Source: Octopus sinensis
Lineage: Eukaryota
NCBI RefSeq assembly: GCF_006345805.1
Contig: NC_043009.1
Location: 53,878,001-53,942,000, forward strand
Reading direction: 5' to 3'
DNA: 64,000 bases
Part shown: positions 1-12,085 of the stretch, piece by piece
Layout of the letters: every line of letters starts with the position of its first letter
Numbering within the stretch: the first letter of the stretch is position 1
The notes under the pieces: model-generated
Told to the model about the DNA's origin: nothing
Databases searched by the model: none
The model's input: the letters and a program-made list of their open reading frames with translations, nothing else
Translations under genes and position numbers: made by a program

Positions 1-35
1 ATATATATACATACATGTATATACACACCACACAC

Positions 36-67
<32 letters not shown>

Positions 68-70
68 CTT

Positions 71-749
71 AACGTAAGGTTTACTAGCCATCTGAATGTG
101 GCTAGCCACTGGGGGGGTGGGGTGTTACTGATATGCTTTTAGCCCCAGGCGATCAACGTCACCAGATGGACTTTAGACACTATCTCAGTGCCCTTGTGTT
201 ATTTGCAAAGGGGGGTAATCCCCTCGAAGACCTAAGTACTACATACGGACTATAGTTTCAAGGTAAGCCTCTCGTCAACGTATGGTAAGCACCGGTCTTC
301 GATGAAGGGTCCCCTCGCAAATAATATATAACGTTTTTCACAGCAACCACTGTCACTGATTTAGAAAAACTGTCTGAAAGCAATAATAAATCTCTGAACG
401 AGATATAAACAGTAACCGATCGACAACGTAAGGTGAAAAACGTTATATATTTTGCGAGGGGACTCCTTCATCGAAGACCGGTGATTACCATGCGTTGACG
501 AGAGGCAATTACCTTGAAACTATAGTCCGTATGTAGTACTTAGGTCTTGGAGGGAGGATAGATGACCTCCCTTTGCAAATAACCACAAGGGCACTGAGAT
601 AGTGTCTAAAGTCCATCTGGTGACGTTGAGGGCCTGGGGCTAAAAGCATCAGTACACCCCACCCCCAGTGGCTAGCCACATTCAGATGGTTGTACACCTT
701 ACGTGTCGAGCGTTACTGTTTATTATCTCGTTAGAGTTTATTATGCTTA
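71..749. mobile_element. Nested inverted-repeat (MITE/foldback-like) element, copy 1
   Basis: 71-341 is the reverse complement of 433-704; 378-435 is the reverse complement of about 695-749. Confidence 0.7.
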
Positions 750-757
750 ATATATAT

Positions 758-1143
758 ACTCTTTTACTCTGTTACTGTTTCATTCATTTCACTGCGACCA
801 TGCTGGAGCACGCTTTAGTCGAGCAATCGACCCCAGGACTGATTCTTTGTGAGCGTAGTACTTATTCTGTCGGTCTATTTTGCGAACCGCAGTGGACGGG
901 GGACATAAACACACCAGCATCGGTGCCAAGCACTGCTTGGGGGACAAACACTGACACAAACATACACACACATACACATATATACATATATACGACGGGC
1001 TTCTTCAGTTTCGTCTACCAATCCACTACAAGGCTTTGGTGGCCCCAGTATAGAAGAAAATCGCCAAGAGCCACGCAATGGGACTGAAACCGGGACACTG
1101 TGGTGGTAAGCAAGCTAGGTACACACAGCCACTCCTGCGCCTA
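758..1143 (-). mobile_element. tRNA-derived CORE-type SINE (family A; resembles octopus OR-type SINEs)
   Basis: Minus-strand head GGCGCAGGAGTGGCTGTGT, internal (TA)/(TG) microsatellite, (AAAGAGT)n-like tail. Confidence 0.85.
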
Positions 1144-1436
1144 CAATAAGCATTCGCTAAGAGTTTGATTCGAACGAACGAAAGCGTTAATAAAGAAGAT
1201 TATTCACAATAATGAGGCTTCTTTTTCTTAATATACAATATCTTTACACCTTTCAAACACGTTGTGTGTCTGTTTGTGCGTTGTATATATATAAATACAC
1301 ACACACATAGAGAGACCCATAATACATATATATATATATATATTATATATTATATATTACACATAATATACACATATACCACACATATATACATATACAT
1401 ACACACACATATATATATATATACATACATGTATAT

Positions 1437-1469
<33 letters not shown>

Positions 1470-1472
1470 CTT

Positions 1473-2147
1473 AACGTAAGGTTTACTAGCCATCTGAATG
1501 TGGCTAGCCACTGGGGGTGGGGTGTTACTGATGCTTTTAGCCCCAGGCGATCAACGTCACCAGATGGGACTTTAGACACTATCTCAGTGCCCTTGTGTTA
1601 TTTGCAAAGGGGGGTAATCCTCCTCGAAGACCTAAGTACTACATACGGACTATAGTTTCAAGGTAATTGGCCTCTCGTCAACGTATGGTAAGCACCGGTC
1701 TTCGATGAAAGAGTCCCCTCGCAATAATATATAACGTTTTTCACAGCAACCACTGTCACTGATTTAGAAAAACTGTCTGAAAGCAATAATAAATCTCTGA
1801 ACGAGATATAACAGTAACCGATCGACAACGTAAGGTGAAAAACGTTATATATTATTGCGAGGGGACTCCTTCATCGAAACCGGTGCTTACCATGCGTTGA
1901 CGAGAGGCAATTACCTTGAAACTATAGTCCGTATGTAGTACTTAGGTCTTGGAGGGAGGATGACCTCCCTTTGCAAATAACACAAGGGCACTGAGATAGT
2001 GTCTAAAGTCATCTGGTGACGTTGATCGCCTGGGGCTAAAAGCATCAGTACACCCCACCCCCAGTGGCTAGCCCATTCAGATGGTTAGTACACCTTACGT
2101 TGTCGAGCGGTTACTGTTTATATCTCGTTCAGAGATTTATATTGCTT
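1473..2147. mobile_element. Nested inverted-repeat element, copy 2
   Basis: Arms 1473-1744 and 1835-2101; inner inverted pair 1781-1837 and 2091-2147. Confidence 0.7.
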
Positions 2148-2155
2148 ATATATAT

Positions 2156-2558
2156 ACTCTTTTACTCTTGTACTTGTTTCATTCATTTCACTGCGACCAT
2201 GCTGGAGCACCGCTTTAGTCGAGCAAATCGACCCCAGGACTGATTCTTTGTGAGCGTAGTACTTATTCTGTCGGTCTATTTTGCCGAACCGCTAGTTGAC
2301 GGGGGACATAAACACACCAGCATCGGTTGCCAAGCAATGCTTGGGGGACAAACACTGACACAAACATACACACACATACACATATATACATATATACGAC
2401 GGGCTTCTTTCAGTTTCCGTCTACCAAATCCACTCACAAGGCTTTGGTTGGCCCCAGACTATAGAAGAAACTCGCCCAAGATGCCACGCAATGGGACTGA
2501 ACCCGGGACACTGTGGTTGGTAAGCAAGCTAGTTACCACACAGCCACTCCTGCGCCTA
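2156..2558 (-). mobile_element. Family A SINE, full length
   Basis: Same head, body and tail as the other copies; duplicate of 758-1143. Confidence 0.85.
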
Positions 2559-2736
2559 CAATAAGCATTCGCTAAAGAGTTTGATCGAACGAAACGAAAG
2601 CGTTAATAAAGAATTATTCACAATACTGACTGCTTCTTTTTTCTTAATATACAATATCTTTACACCATTTCAAACACGTTGTGTGTCTGTTTGTGCGTAT
2701 GTATATATATAAATACACACACACATAGAGAGACCC

Positions 2737-2778
<42 letters not shown>

Positions 2779-2779
2779 T

Positions 2780-2818
<39 letters not shown>

Positions 2819-3822
2819 TGACAGACATACAGATAGAGAAAGTGAGATAAATAAATCTATATAGATAAATGAAACATTGCGTGAAAGACACATTTGCTTT
2901 GTTCCTCCGTAAAGAGAAATGTAAAATATAGGGGTAAATTCATTCTCATATAAATAGTATGAAATATGTAACAAATGATTATTGACGCTTCATTTGCTGG
3001 GGATATTATCGATGCATATACTGACAGGCAAAGATGTAGACAGATATAGATAGATGCACACAGATACCTATAGATAGATACACGCAGATGCATTTACATC
3101 TGTAAATGTATGCTTCTATGTATGTGTTCAAGTATGTATGCGTGTATTTAATTGGTAATAACGAACCCAGTACCATGTCTTTATATTCCTATGGCTTATT
3201 GTTCTTTCTCATTGCTTAAGAGCCTCACATTTGGTTAGCGAAAAAAAAATCAATATGGATCACAAAGTAGAAAAATGTGTTAAATGTTGATGTAATAGGA
3301 TGCGTCAATATCTTAGTAGGGACTGTTATTGATACCTGTCCTGTTATTGCAGGTTCTCACACATTACAGAATTCTTCGATTGTACCGCCATACACGTGAC
3401 TCTTGAAATACACGGTAAGATGTTGGCACCCATTATCCTAAAGAATGAAATCGCTGAACCTATTGAAGCCAATAACATGATGTTTGGTTTACCAACGTTA
3501 CTATACTGCAGGAAAGTAATATTCTTCTTTAAAACCGGAGATTTTATGTTTTCCTTCACTTAACCTTTTTTCATTTATTACAAATCCTTTTTCGGAATTA
3601 TAGTGCTATATCCATTGAATCGTATTCTCCACTCCTTTATTTATCACTGCATATATGTTTTTTTTAAATTATTTTTTCTATTTAGCGTTCCCTGTTGTGA
3701 TGCATTTGTCTCAAAAACGGTTTCCCTACTTGCTTGACCTGCACGAAATGCTAACCATTTGCTTTTTAGGTTATTTGGTGTAATAAAAATTGAAAGTTAG
3801 CGAGTCTATCTCTCTTTCTCTC

Positions 3823-3853
<31 letters not shown>

Positions 3854-4084
3854 TATATTAAATTAGAGATAAAACCACTATTAGGCAAATCATACAATGA
3901 AAAACTTAAGCCAATACATAAAATTATTCAATTTATATTATTTAAATATATAACAAAATTATTAAAAAAATATAATTAATATAACACTACGATCGTTTCA
4001 TGGCTGTTAATTTCTTTAAATTTTCGAGTTACAGTCATTCATCACGTGGTTTAAATATTTAACTTGGCGAGGTTTAATCATTGA

Positions 4085-4310
4085 TTAAATTAGACTAAAC
4101 AAGGAAACATTCTTCATTGAAAAATACAAGCCCAAACTTAACCATTCTAACATACTTATACAGAGAAACTCAATCCAAAAGAAAGGCAAATAATTTTAAG
4201 CGATTATCTCCCTTACACCGGAAGAAATCACTTATTATCTAGATCACCACTCAACGTAAACATAACGATTTAAGAAATTTGAAAAGCTGAACGCGAAACC
4301 GGTCATTTCT
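4085..4310 (+). mobile_element. Penelope-like element 3' relic (end of ORF plus terminal repeat remnant)
   Basis: RLNKETFFIEKYKPKLN resembles the C-terminal motif after the PLE GIY-YIG domain; GAAACCGGTC (hammerhead stem III-like) at 4295-4304. Confidence 0.5.
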
Positions 4311-5595
4311 TCTATACTATGTCATTGTATGAAAAAAATTTATAACATTCTTCAGACATATTGACTCAAATATATATTTTTTAACCTTTTAAAACAAGCC
4401 TTCTGTAGTTTTTTTCACTTTTTACTATTTTCTCTCTCTCTATATATATATATATAGTATAGTTCTACGAACAAAAATGACCGAAGCTTATATTTGAACA
4501 ATTTGTTGAAATTGTTCTAGACATGCATCAATAACAACTGTGTACAACAGTGCACACATTCCTCATGACGTTAGATATGTATTCTAATACACACACACAC
4601 ATAAACACACACACAAACACACACATAAACACACACACACAAACACACACATATAAGATATCAAATGAGTGTCGCTCGATCGTCGGAGGAAACGTATTGA
4701 GGTATTTCTTCCACCTCATTAGAATATTTACCACTTTGCAAATGGTGTTGGTTTATTTAATGCTCATTAACTTAACGTTTCGGCAAAATACATAGATACA
4801 ATAAATACCGAACTTGAAACTAAATCCTGGGGCTGATGTTTCCGACTAATCCTTTCACGGTAGTGTTGACGTATCCCGGAATCGAATGATTAAAACAAGT
4901 AAACGATTAAAAGTTAAAAGACACTTTCCTGTGGCAAGTATACATTGATCTAATGCTTTGGATGCACTGATCTATAGCATTCTTTCCTTATCTATTTTTT
5001 AAGGCTGTACGGTGGGATTGTAGCAGTTGTGTGGATAATGACGAGCAGATAATCAGAGCGTAAGATAGACATGTATGAAGGAAGACATTTGCTTTAAACT
5101 TATCACTGATTATATATGTCTCAGCATAATGTTGAGGGTTAATGAAATTATTGGAACTGTTTATTGTTGCTTTGTATGTGTGAATGACTATTTTCATTCC
5201 TTTAAACCTAGCTGTTGTGGTATACTTCTTAGGTCTTTGTTATAGTGCAGCTCTAAGGTGTTGCAGTTCAGTGCACATAACAGAATGTATATGAAAGGGT
5301 CATAAAATATGTTTTAGCAATTTAAGAACTATGCAACAAAATGTAGTCGAGAACAATTGGTCGCTTTTATAGCTAACCCGAAATAATTGACCTCAAATAA
5401 TCAAATATATTGAAAATCATTGACCACCACATAATGTGAAATGTCCATACGTACATATAGACTTATATAGATACATACATGCATATATATACACACATAC
5501 ACACAAACATATATATATTTATATGAAACTTTACAAGCCGAAATTTGGAACTGATGTATCCATTATTATGGTTTTTCTCTCTAAATTGATCGTAG

Positions 5596-5722
5596 ATATG
5601 AGGCGCCGAATTGCAGAAATGTCTGTGACATCGGGGATTCTATGGATGGATTCAAATATTTTGTGTGGCAGACAGGAAATATTAACGAAATTATTGGCTG
5701 GAACAATGTCTACAATATATAA
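5596..5722 (+). CDS. Candidate terminal coding exon, unidentified (YEAPNCRNVCDIGDSMDGFKYFVWQTGNINEIIGWNNVYNI*)
   Basis: Pyrimidine tract then AG at 5594-5595; non-repetitive open frame to TAA; AATAAA near 5795; a second frame is also open. Confidence 0.3.
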
Positions 5723-6050
5723 ACGTTTACCGATTCCATAACTTATTTCAACATCCAGTAAATATTGATAAAGAAAATGCTTTGTTTATTTCAAAATAAA
5801 AACAATACCTACATACATACACATATATAAATATACACAAATTTTCACTCACATTCACAAACATAGAGACACAATCTCTTACACATTTGCATACGCAAAT
5901 GCGCATAGATAAAGCATACATTTGTATAGATATTTAGGTATATCAATATATCAATACATCTATAGACAAATATGTCTATAATATACGTATGTATGTGTAT
6001 ATGTATGCATATCGATGCATTAGACATAATTCACAAATACATATATATAT

Positions 6051-6052
<2 letters not shown>

Positions 6053-6148
<96 letters not shown>
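6053..6148. repeat. (GATA)n microsatellite
   Basis: Direct reading. Confidence 0.95.
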
Positions 6149-6679
6149 GGATAGCAAATCAACTAGTTAGAAAATCTCGATAAGAGATGAAAGCATTTTC
6201 TGTATTAAGTAGTAAATGTTTATCGCCACTTCAACATAGCTGTTTCGTTGGAATTGACGTTACAATGTAACCCCCAGGGGATGCCGCTTCCCGTTGGTTT
6301 TTTGATGCAATCTGCACCCGAGATTTATTGCAAGTCGGCGAGCAAACTCCTACCATCCTCAAAAAACGGGACCACCAGACCGTAGTTTCGTGCTCCTTCT
6401 TTGTGCTCTTCCTCGGGGATGGATACCTGTCCGCTAGAGATAGGAGTAGTGAAATCCAGATCGCAATATTTAGAAGATAAACGGCGACTTGCCAGTGATC
6501 TTGCAACAAGCAAATTAGGGAGTTCGAATATCTCTATAGGAGATGAAACTATACTGAGAATTAATGTCTATCACCATTTCAACATGGTTGTTCCGTAGAT
6601 ACTAACCCCAGAAGGACATCACTTCTCAGTATAGTTACTATTTTCATCTCTCATACGGATGAGCACAAAGAGCTAAGTT

Positions 6680-6935
6680 ACGAGGATGCAGACACGCCAA
6701 CACCGGTTTTAAAAACAGTGCCGGGGACAAATACAGACTCAAAGATACACAAATATGTATATATATGTATATATATATAGGACAGGCTTCTTTCAGCTGC
6801 TGTGTACCGAATCTGCTCACAAGGTATTGGTCGGCCTGAGGATATAGTAGAAGACACTTGCCTAAGGTGCCATGCAATGGAACGGAACCCGGAATCATGT
6901 GGTTAGGAACCAAACTTCTTACCACACAGCTACGG
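6680..6935 (-). mobile_element. Family A SINE, diverged 5' half
   Basis: GAAGACACTTGCCTAAGGTGCCA CORE-like block and head remnant. Confidence 0.7.
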
Positions 6936-7300
6936 CAACAATATTTCTCAATTTAGAAGATCATTCTTTGCTTCTTTTTAAAAAATATCAATAAGCTAAG
7001 TGAAAATATCTAGAATACCTTAAGATGGAAACATACGGAAAAAACGAAACCCTAAAGTATTTGAGCACCTTAACCCCCAAGGTGTGCATAGCGTGCATTA
7101 GAAAACCACTTACCAAAATAAGGGCCCAGAGGTAAGAAATATGAGTAAGTAGTACAGACCCCACAAAAAACATGGTGGGATATTTTTCAGAATGTTTGAG
7201 TGCGTTTAGAAGATTCTCAATGTAATCTTTTCATGACACAGGAGATAAATAATAAAAGGTGGACAATCATTTACAATGATGTATTCATATTTACATACAA

Positions 7301-7340
<40 letters not shown>

Positions 7341-7739
7341 GTATCCATATGTGTGTGCGTGGGAGAGGTGCGCGCGCGAGTTCGTGTGTCTGTCTGAATG
7401 AGAAAATGATATTAAGTAATTAATTTTCACTAACATATTTTGTCATTTCATTATCAGTTATCCTAATTCGTATCACACATAAGCAGTTCTCGTTTAAGAA
7501 TATTTTTGTCGCATACTATTCAAATTTAATCATATCATTTTAACATATTTTTTTCTTTCTATTCCCACGAGAGTTAATCAGATAGCAGTGAATCCGTTGC
7601 TATTTATCACTAATGCACGCAATAAACGTAATGAAAATATACATATGTCATCTAAATTTATATGTGAGCTTTCAGTTTTATGTATATATATATATATATA
7701 TGTATGCATACGTATAAGCATGTATACATAAGTATAAGC

Positions 7740-7788
<49 letters not shown>

Positions 7789-7844
7789 TATGCATGTATA
7801 TATATAGGCTCTCATGCATGTCTATACATATATATTCATACATG

Positions 7845-7897
<53 letters not shown>

Positions 7898-9024
7898 GCA
7901 TTATGTATGGTTTACTATGTATATTACATAGTAAACCTGAATATATTACATATTATGACTGTCTGTTTGATAACTTGTAGTTGTCATCTATACATTAAGC
8001 GATTTCTTTCTGGTTCTGTAAAACTTATCTCGGCAAGATTGTTGCTGAGGTTTCTAGTCACGCGCCTAGGTGCTTTACTAATTATAGGTTAACATCTAAC
8101 ATTATAGTCCGGATAGAATAACTGCAAATTTCTTATAAATTCAGTATATATGTTTTATTTTGCATTGTTTGCAATATTTTGTTGACACTGTTGAGCAAAT
8201 GATTCCAACTACTTTGCATTATTTTTTCGGTCGCTTATACTTGCAATTCGTTGAAGTCTGTTATTGAAACTATCGGTAAGTATTCGTTCATATTGTGCTG
8301 GTTTATACTCCCTTATGATTTTTTCATGAGTATCATAAGGGAGTATACCCCTTTGTGATTGTATACACCGCTTATGATTGCATCCTGAATATTATCATAT
8401 ATACGGATCTCATTGTATGCTGCTCGACACACAACGCCATGTAGACCACGTATAATTATTTTCATAAAGGACATTTTCTCCAATTATGAGGGTAACATCA
8501 TCTGCATTTATTCCACAGAGTGTGTATCGATTAAGGCAAGCCAATGAAGATACGAGCTACTACTGGTTGTGAAGAAAGTAATGATAATCAAAAACGGTAA
8601 AAATAAATGATTGAGCAAAGGAATTTTGCGAGGACATGTGAGAGGACAAAGTAGAAGAAACATACGACTGGAGAATGAAATTCAGAATGCCAGTGAATTG
8701 AAAGTGGACAATAAGATGATAAAGTAATAATAATCGGTACTGTTGGTGAGAAGGAGGATCCTGAAAAGTTAGAGCGATCAAGTGGAAGTTAAATGGTTAA
8801 GTTCGAAGAGTGTGTGTAGATATAAGAAGAGAAAATTGAAAAGTTAGCGAGTATCGGTTGGCAGGAAGATATATATGCAGTGAGGTATGAAGTCTAGAAG
8901 TGCACGTTGAGGAGAAAGAGTTGATATGCTATACACAATTTATTTGGTTTCTTATGTATTCATGTCAATTTTTGAAAGTACTAATATATCTTCGTGACTT
9001 ATCTAATTTAATAATAATAATAAT

Positions 9025-9060
<36 letters not shown>

Positions 9061-9061
<1 letters not shown>

Positions 9062-9618
9062 GCCCTGATGCAGTACCAGGCAGTGGCTCTCATGGCTTCT
9101 GATCTTAACTGATTGGAAGTGTTATCATGTACATTGTTTTGTCTTGGTATAAAAGATGGGCTACAGCAAATATTCTGCTCAATACCACAGATTTGCTTGT
9201 CAGTTGTTTGACCTTAACCAGTTGAGCATGTCCCTTAGTGGCTGACGATATGTGCATCTCTGATCACAAGCAGAAGTAGTGGGGGAGCATCATAGCCATG
9301 TGTTGAGAGGGATTCTTTGGGTGTTTGAATAGTTCGCCTCTGGAAACATGGGTGGTTCTTTCAACATCCTTAAACAACCCTTATTCAGAGACCGTTTGAG
9401 CGGGATGGGCTACTCAACCTGAAGAAAATTCTAACTGGGCCCCACCTGCAAGGTCATGTGCTGTTTATCTTGATATGAGATCACCATGTCGCGCACATAT
9501 GGTTGTGATGCATGTGCCTGGTGTACCTTTATCAGACGGGTAGTCATGATGGGTATATTGGGCTTCGTATATTTTACCCCAGTGTCGCCTTGATGGCATG
9601 AACTGCTCTCTCTCACTC
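9061..9618 (+). mobile_element. 560-bp non-coding element flanked by (AAT)n, copy 1
   Basis: TGCCCTGATGCAG...CTCTCACTC with (AAT)n on both sides; homologous to four other copies in the window. Confidence 0.8.
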
Positions 9619-9627
9619 AATAATAAT

Positions 9628-9694
<67 letters not shown>

Positions 9695-10244
9695 GCTCTG
9701 ATGCAGTACCAGGCAGAGGCTCTCATGGCTTCTGATCTTAACTGATTGGAAGTGGTATCATGTACATTGTTCTGTCTTGGTATAAAAGATGGGCTACAGC
9801 AAATATTCTGCTCAATACCACAGATTTGCTTGTCAGTTGTTTGACCTTAACCAGTTGAGCATGTCCCTTAGTGGCTGACAATACGTGCATCTCTGATCAC
9901 GAGCAGAAGTAGTGGGGGAGCATCATGGCCATGTGTTGAGAGGGATTCTTTGGAGTTTGAATAATTCACCTCTGGAAACATAGGTGTTTCGTTCAACATC
10001 CTAAAGCAACCCTTATTCAGGGACCTTTTGAGCGGGATGGGCTACAACCTGAAGAAAATTCTAACTGGGCCCCACCTGCAAGGTCATGTGCTGTTATCTT
10101 GATATGAGATCACCATGTCGCGCACATATGGTTGTGATGCATGTGCCTGGTGTACCTTATCAGACGGGTAGTCATGATGGGTATATTGGGCTTCGTATAT
10201 TTTACCCCAGTGTCACTTTGATGGCATGAACTGCTCTCTCACTC
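9695..10244 (+). mobile_element. (AAT)n-flanked element, copy 2
   Basis: Same 5' and 3' ends as copy 1. Confidence 0.8.
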
Positions 10245-10279
10245 AATATAATAATAATAATATAATAATAATAATAATG

Positions 10280-10311
<32 letters not shown>

Positions 10312-10426
10312 AATATTAATATAATAATAATATAATAATAATAATAATAATAATATTAATAATAATGATAATAATATAATAATAATAACAATAATAATAT
10401 TAATAATAATGATAATAATAATAATA

Positions 10427-10836
10427 AGTTGTTTGACCTTAACCAGTTGAGCATGTCCCTTAGTGGCTGACGATATGTGCATCTCTGATCACGAGCAGAA
10501 GTAGTGGGGGAGCATCTAGCCATGTGTTGAGAAAGATTCTTTGGGGTTTGAATAATTCCCTCTGGAAACATGGGTGTTTCGTTCAACGTCTTAAACAACC
10601 TTATTCAGGGACCTTTTGAGCGGGATGGGTTACTCGATCTGAAGAAAATTCTAACTGGGCCCCACCTGCAAGGTCATGTGCTGTTTATCTTGATATGAGA
10701 TCACCATGTCGCGCACATATGGTTGTGATGCATGTGCCTGGTGTACCTTATATCAGACGGGTAGTCATGATGGTATATTGGGCTTCGTATATTTTACCCC
10801 AGTGTCACTTTGATGGCATGAACTGCTCTCTCACTC
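10427..10836 (+). mobile_element. (AAT)n-flanked element, copy 3 (5'-truncated, chimeric)
   Basis: Starts at AGTTGTTTGACC; 5' variants match copy 4, 3' variants match copy 2. Confidence 0.8.
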
Positions 10837-10870
10837 AATAATAATTAATAATAATAATAATAATAATATG

Positions 10871-10911
<41 letters not shown>

Positions 10912-10914
10912 AAT

Positions 10915-10994
<80 letters not shown>

Positions 10995-11029
10995 TAATAA
11001 TATTAATAATAATGATAATAATAATAATA

Positions 11030-11443
11030 AGTTGTTTGACCTTAACCAGTTGAGCATGTCCCTTAGTGGCTGACGATATGTGCATCTCTGATCACGAGCA
11101 GAAGTAGTGGGGGAGCATCATAGCCATGTGTTGAGAAAGATTCTTTGGGGTTTGAATAATTCACCTCTGGAAACATGGGTGTTTCGTTCAACGTCCTTAA
11201 ACAACCCTTATTCAGGGACCTTTTGAGCGGGATGGGTTACTCGATCTGAAGAAAATTCTAACTGGGCTCCACCTGCAAGGTCATGTGCTGTTTATCTTGA
11301 TATGAGAGACCATGTCGCGCACATATGGTTGTGATTGCATGTGCCTGGTGTACCCTTATCAGACGGGTAGTCATGATGGGTATACTGGGCTTCGTATATT
11401 TTACCCCAGTGTCACTTTCATGGCATGCTCTGCTCGCTCACTC
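11030..11443 (+). mobile_element. (AAT)n-flanked element, copy 4 (5'-truncated)
   Basis: Same truncation point as copy 3; followed by (AAT)n then (AGT)n. Confidence 0.8.
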
Positions 11444-11465
11444 AATAATAATAATAATAATAATT

Positions 11466-11540
<75 letters not shown>

Positions 11541-11704
11541 CAGTAGCAGTAGTAGTAGTAATGGTCATGATGATGCTGTTGAAGATGCTATCGTTAATTA
11601 GAACTATTTAGACACGATTAACATCATTAGTTAAATTAAATTTGAAATGGAACTTTAAAAGATCTATATAAATTAATGTAATTTGAAATACGTTTTCTTT
11701 TATT

Positions 11705-11893
11705 CATTTATTCTCTTAACTGCTTCAGTCACCTGACTGCGGCCATGCTGGAGCACCGCCTTTAGTCGAACAAATCGACCCCAGGACTTATACTTTGTAA
11801 GCCTAGTACTTATTCTATCGGTCTCTTTTAACCGCTAAGTTACGGGGTCATAAAGCCACCAGCATCGGTTGTTAAGCGATATTAGGGAGACAA

Positions 11894-11942
<49 letters not shown>

Positions 11943-12085
11943 CGACGGGCTTCTTTCAGTTTCCGTCAACCAAATCCACTCACAAGGCTTGGGTCGGCCC
12001 GAGGCTATAGTAGAAGACACCTGTCCAAGGTGCCACGCAGTGGGACTGAATCTTGAACCATGTACACATAGCCACTCTTGTGCCT
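11705..12085 (-). mobile_element. Family A SINE
   Basis: Complete body; small deletion in the head. Confidence 0.85.

Larger units (their letters stand above)
1..2745. repeat. Near-identical tandem duplication, period about 1402 bp (copy 1 runs off the window start)
   Basis: TTAACGTAAGG at 69 and 1471; the same inverted-repeat element, SINE and unique tail occur in both copies; differences are mostly 1-bp indels. Confidence 0.9.

Noticed and set aside
9061-9618. Search for hammerhead or HDV-like ribozyme in the AAT-flanked element
   Set aside because: CTGATGC and CTGACGA occur but without a GAAA and stem set; no P1 partner found by eye
9061-11443. Repeat-spacer appearance suggesting a CRISPR-like array
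   Set aside because: Units are 400-560-bp retroelement copies separated by microsatellite, in eukaryotic DNA with no cas genes
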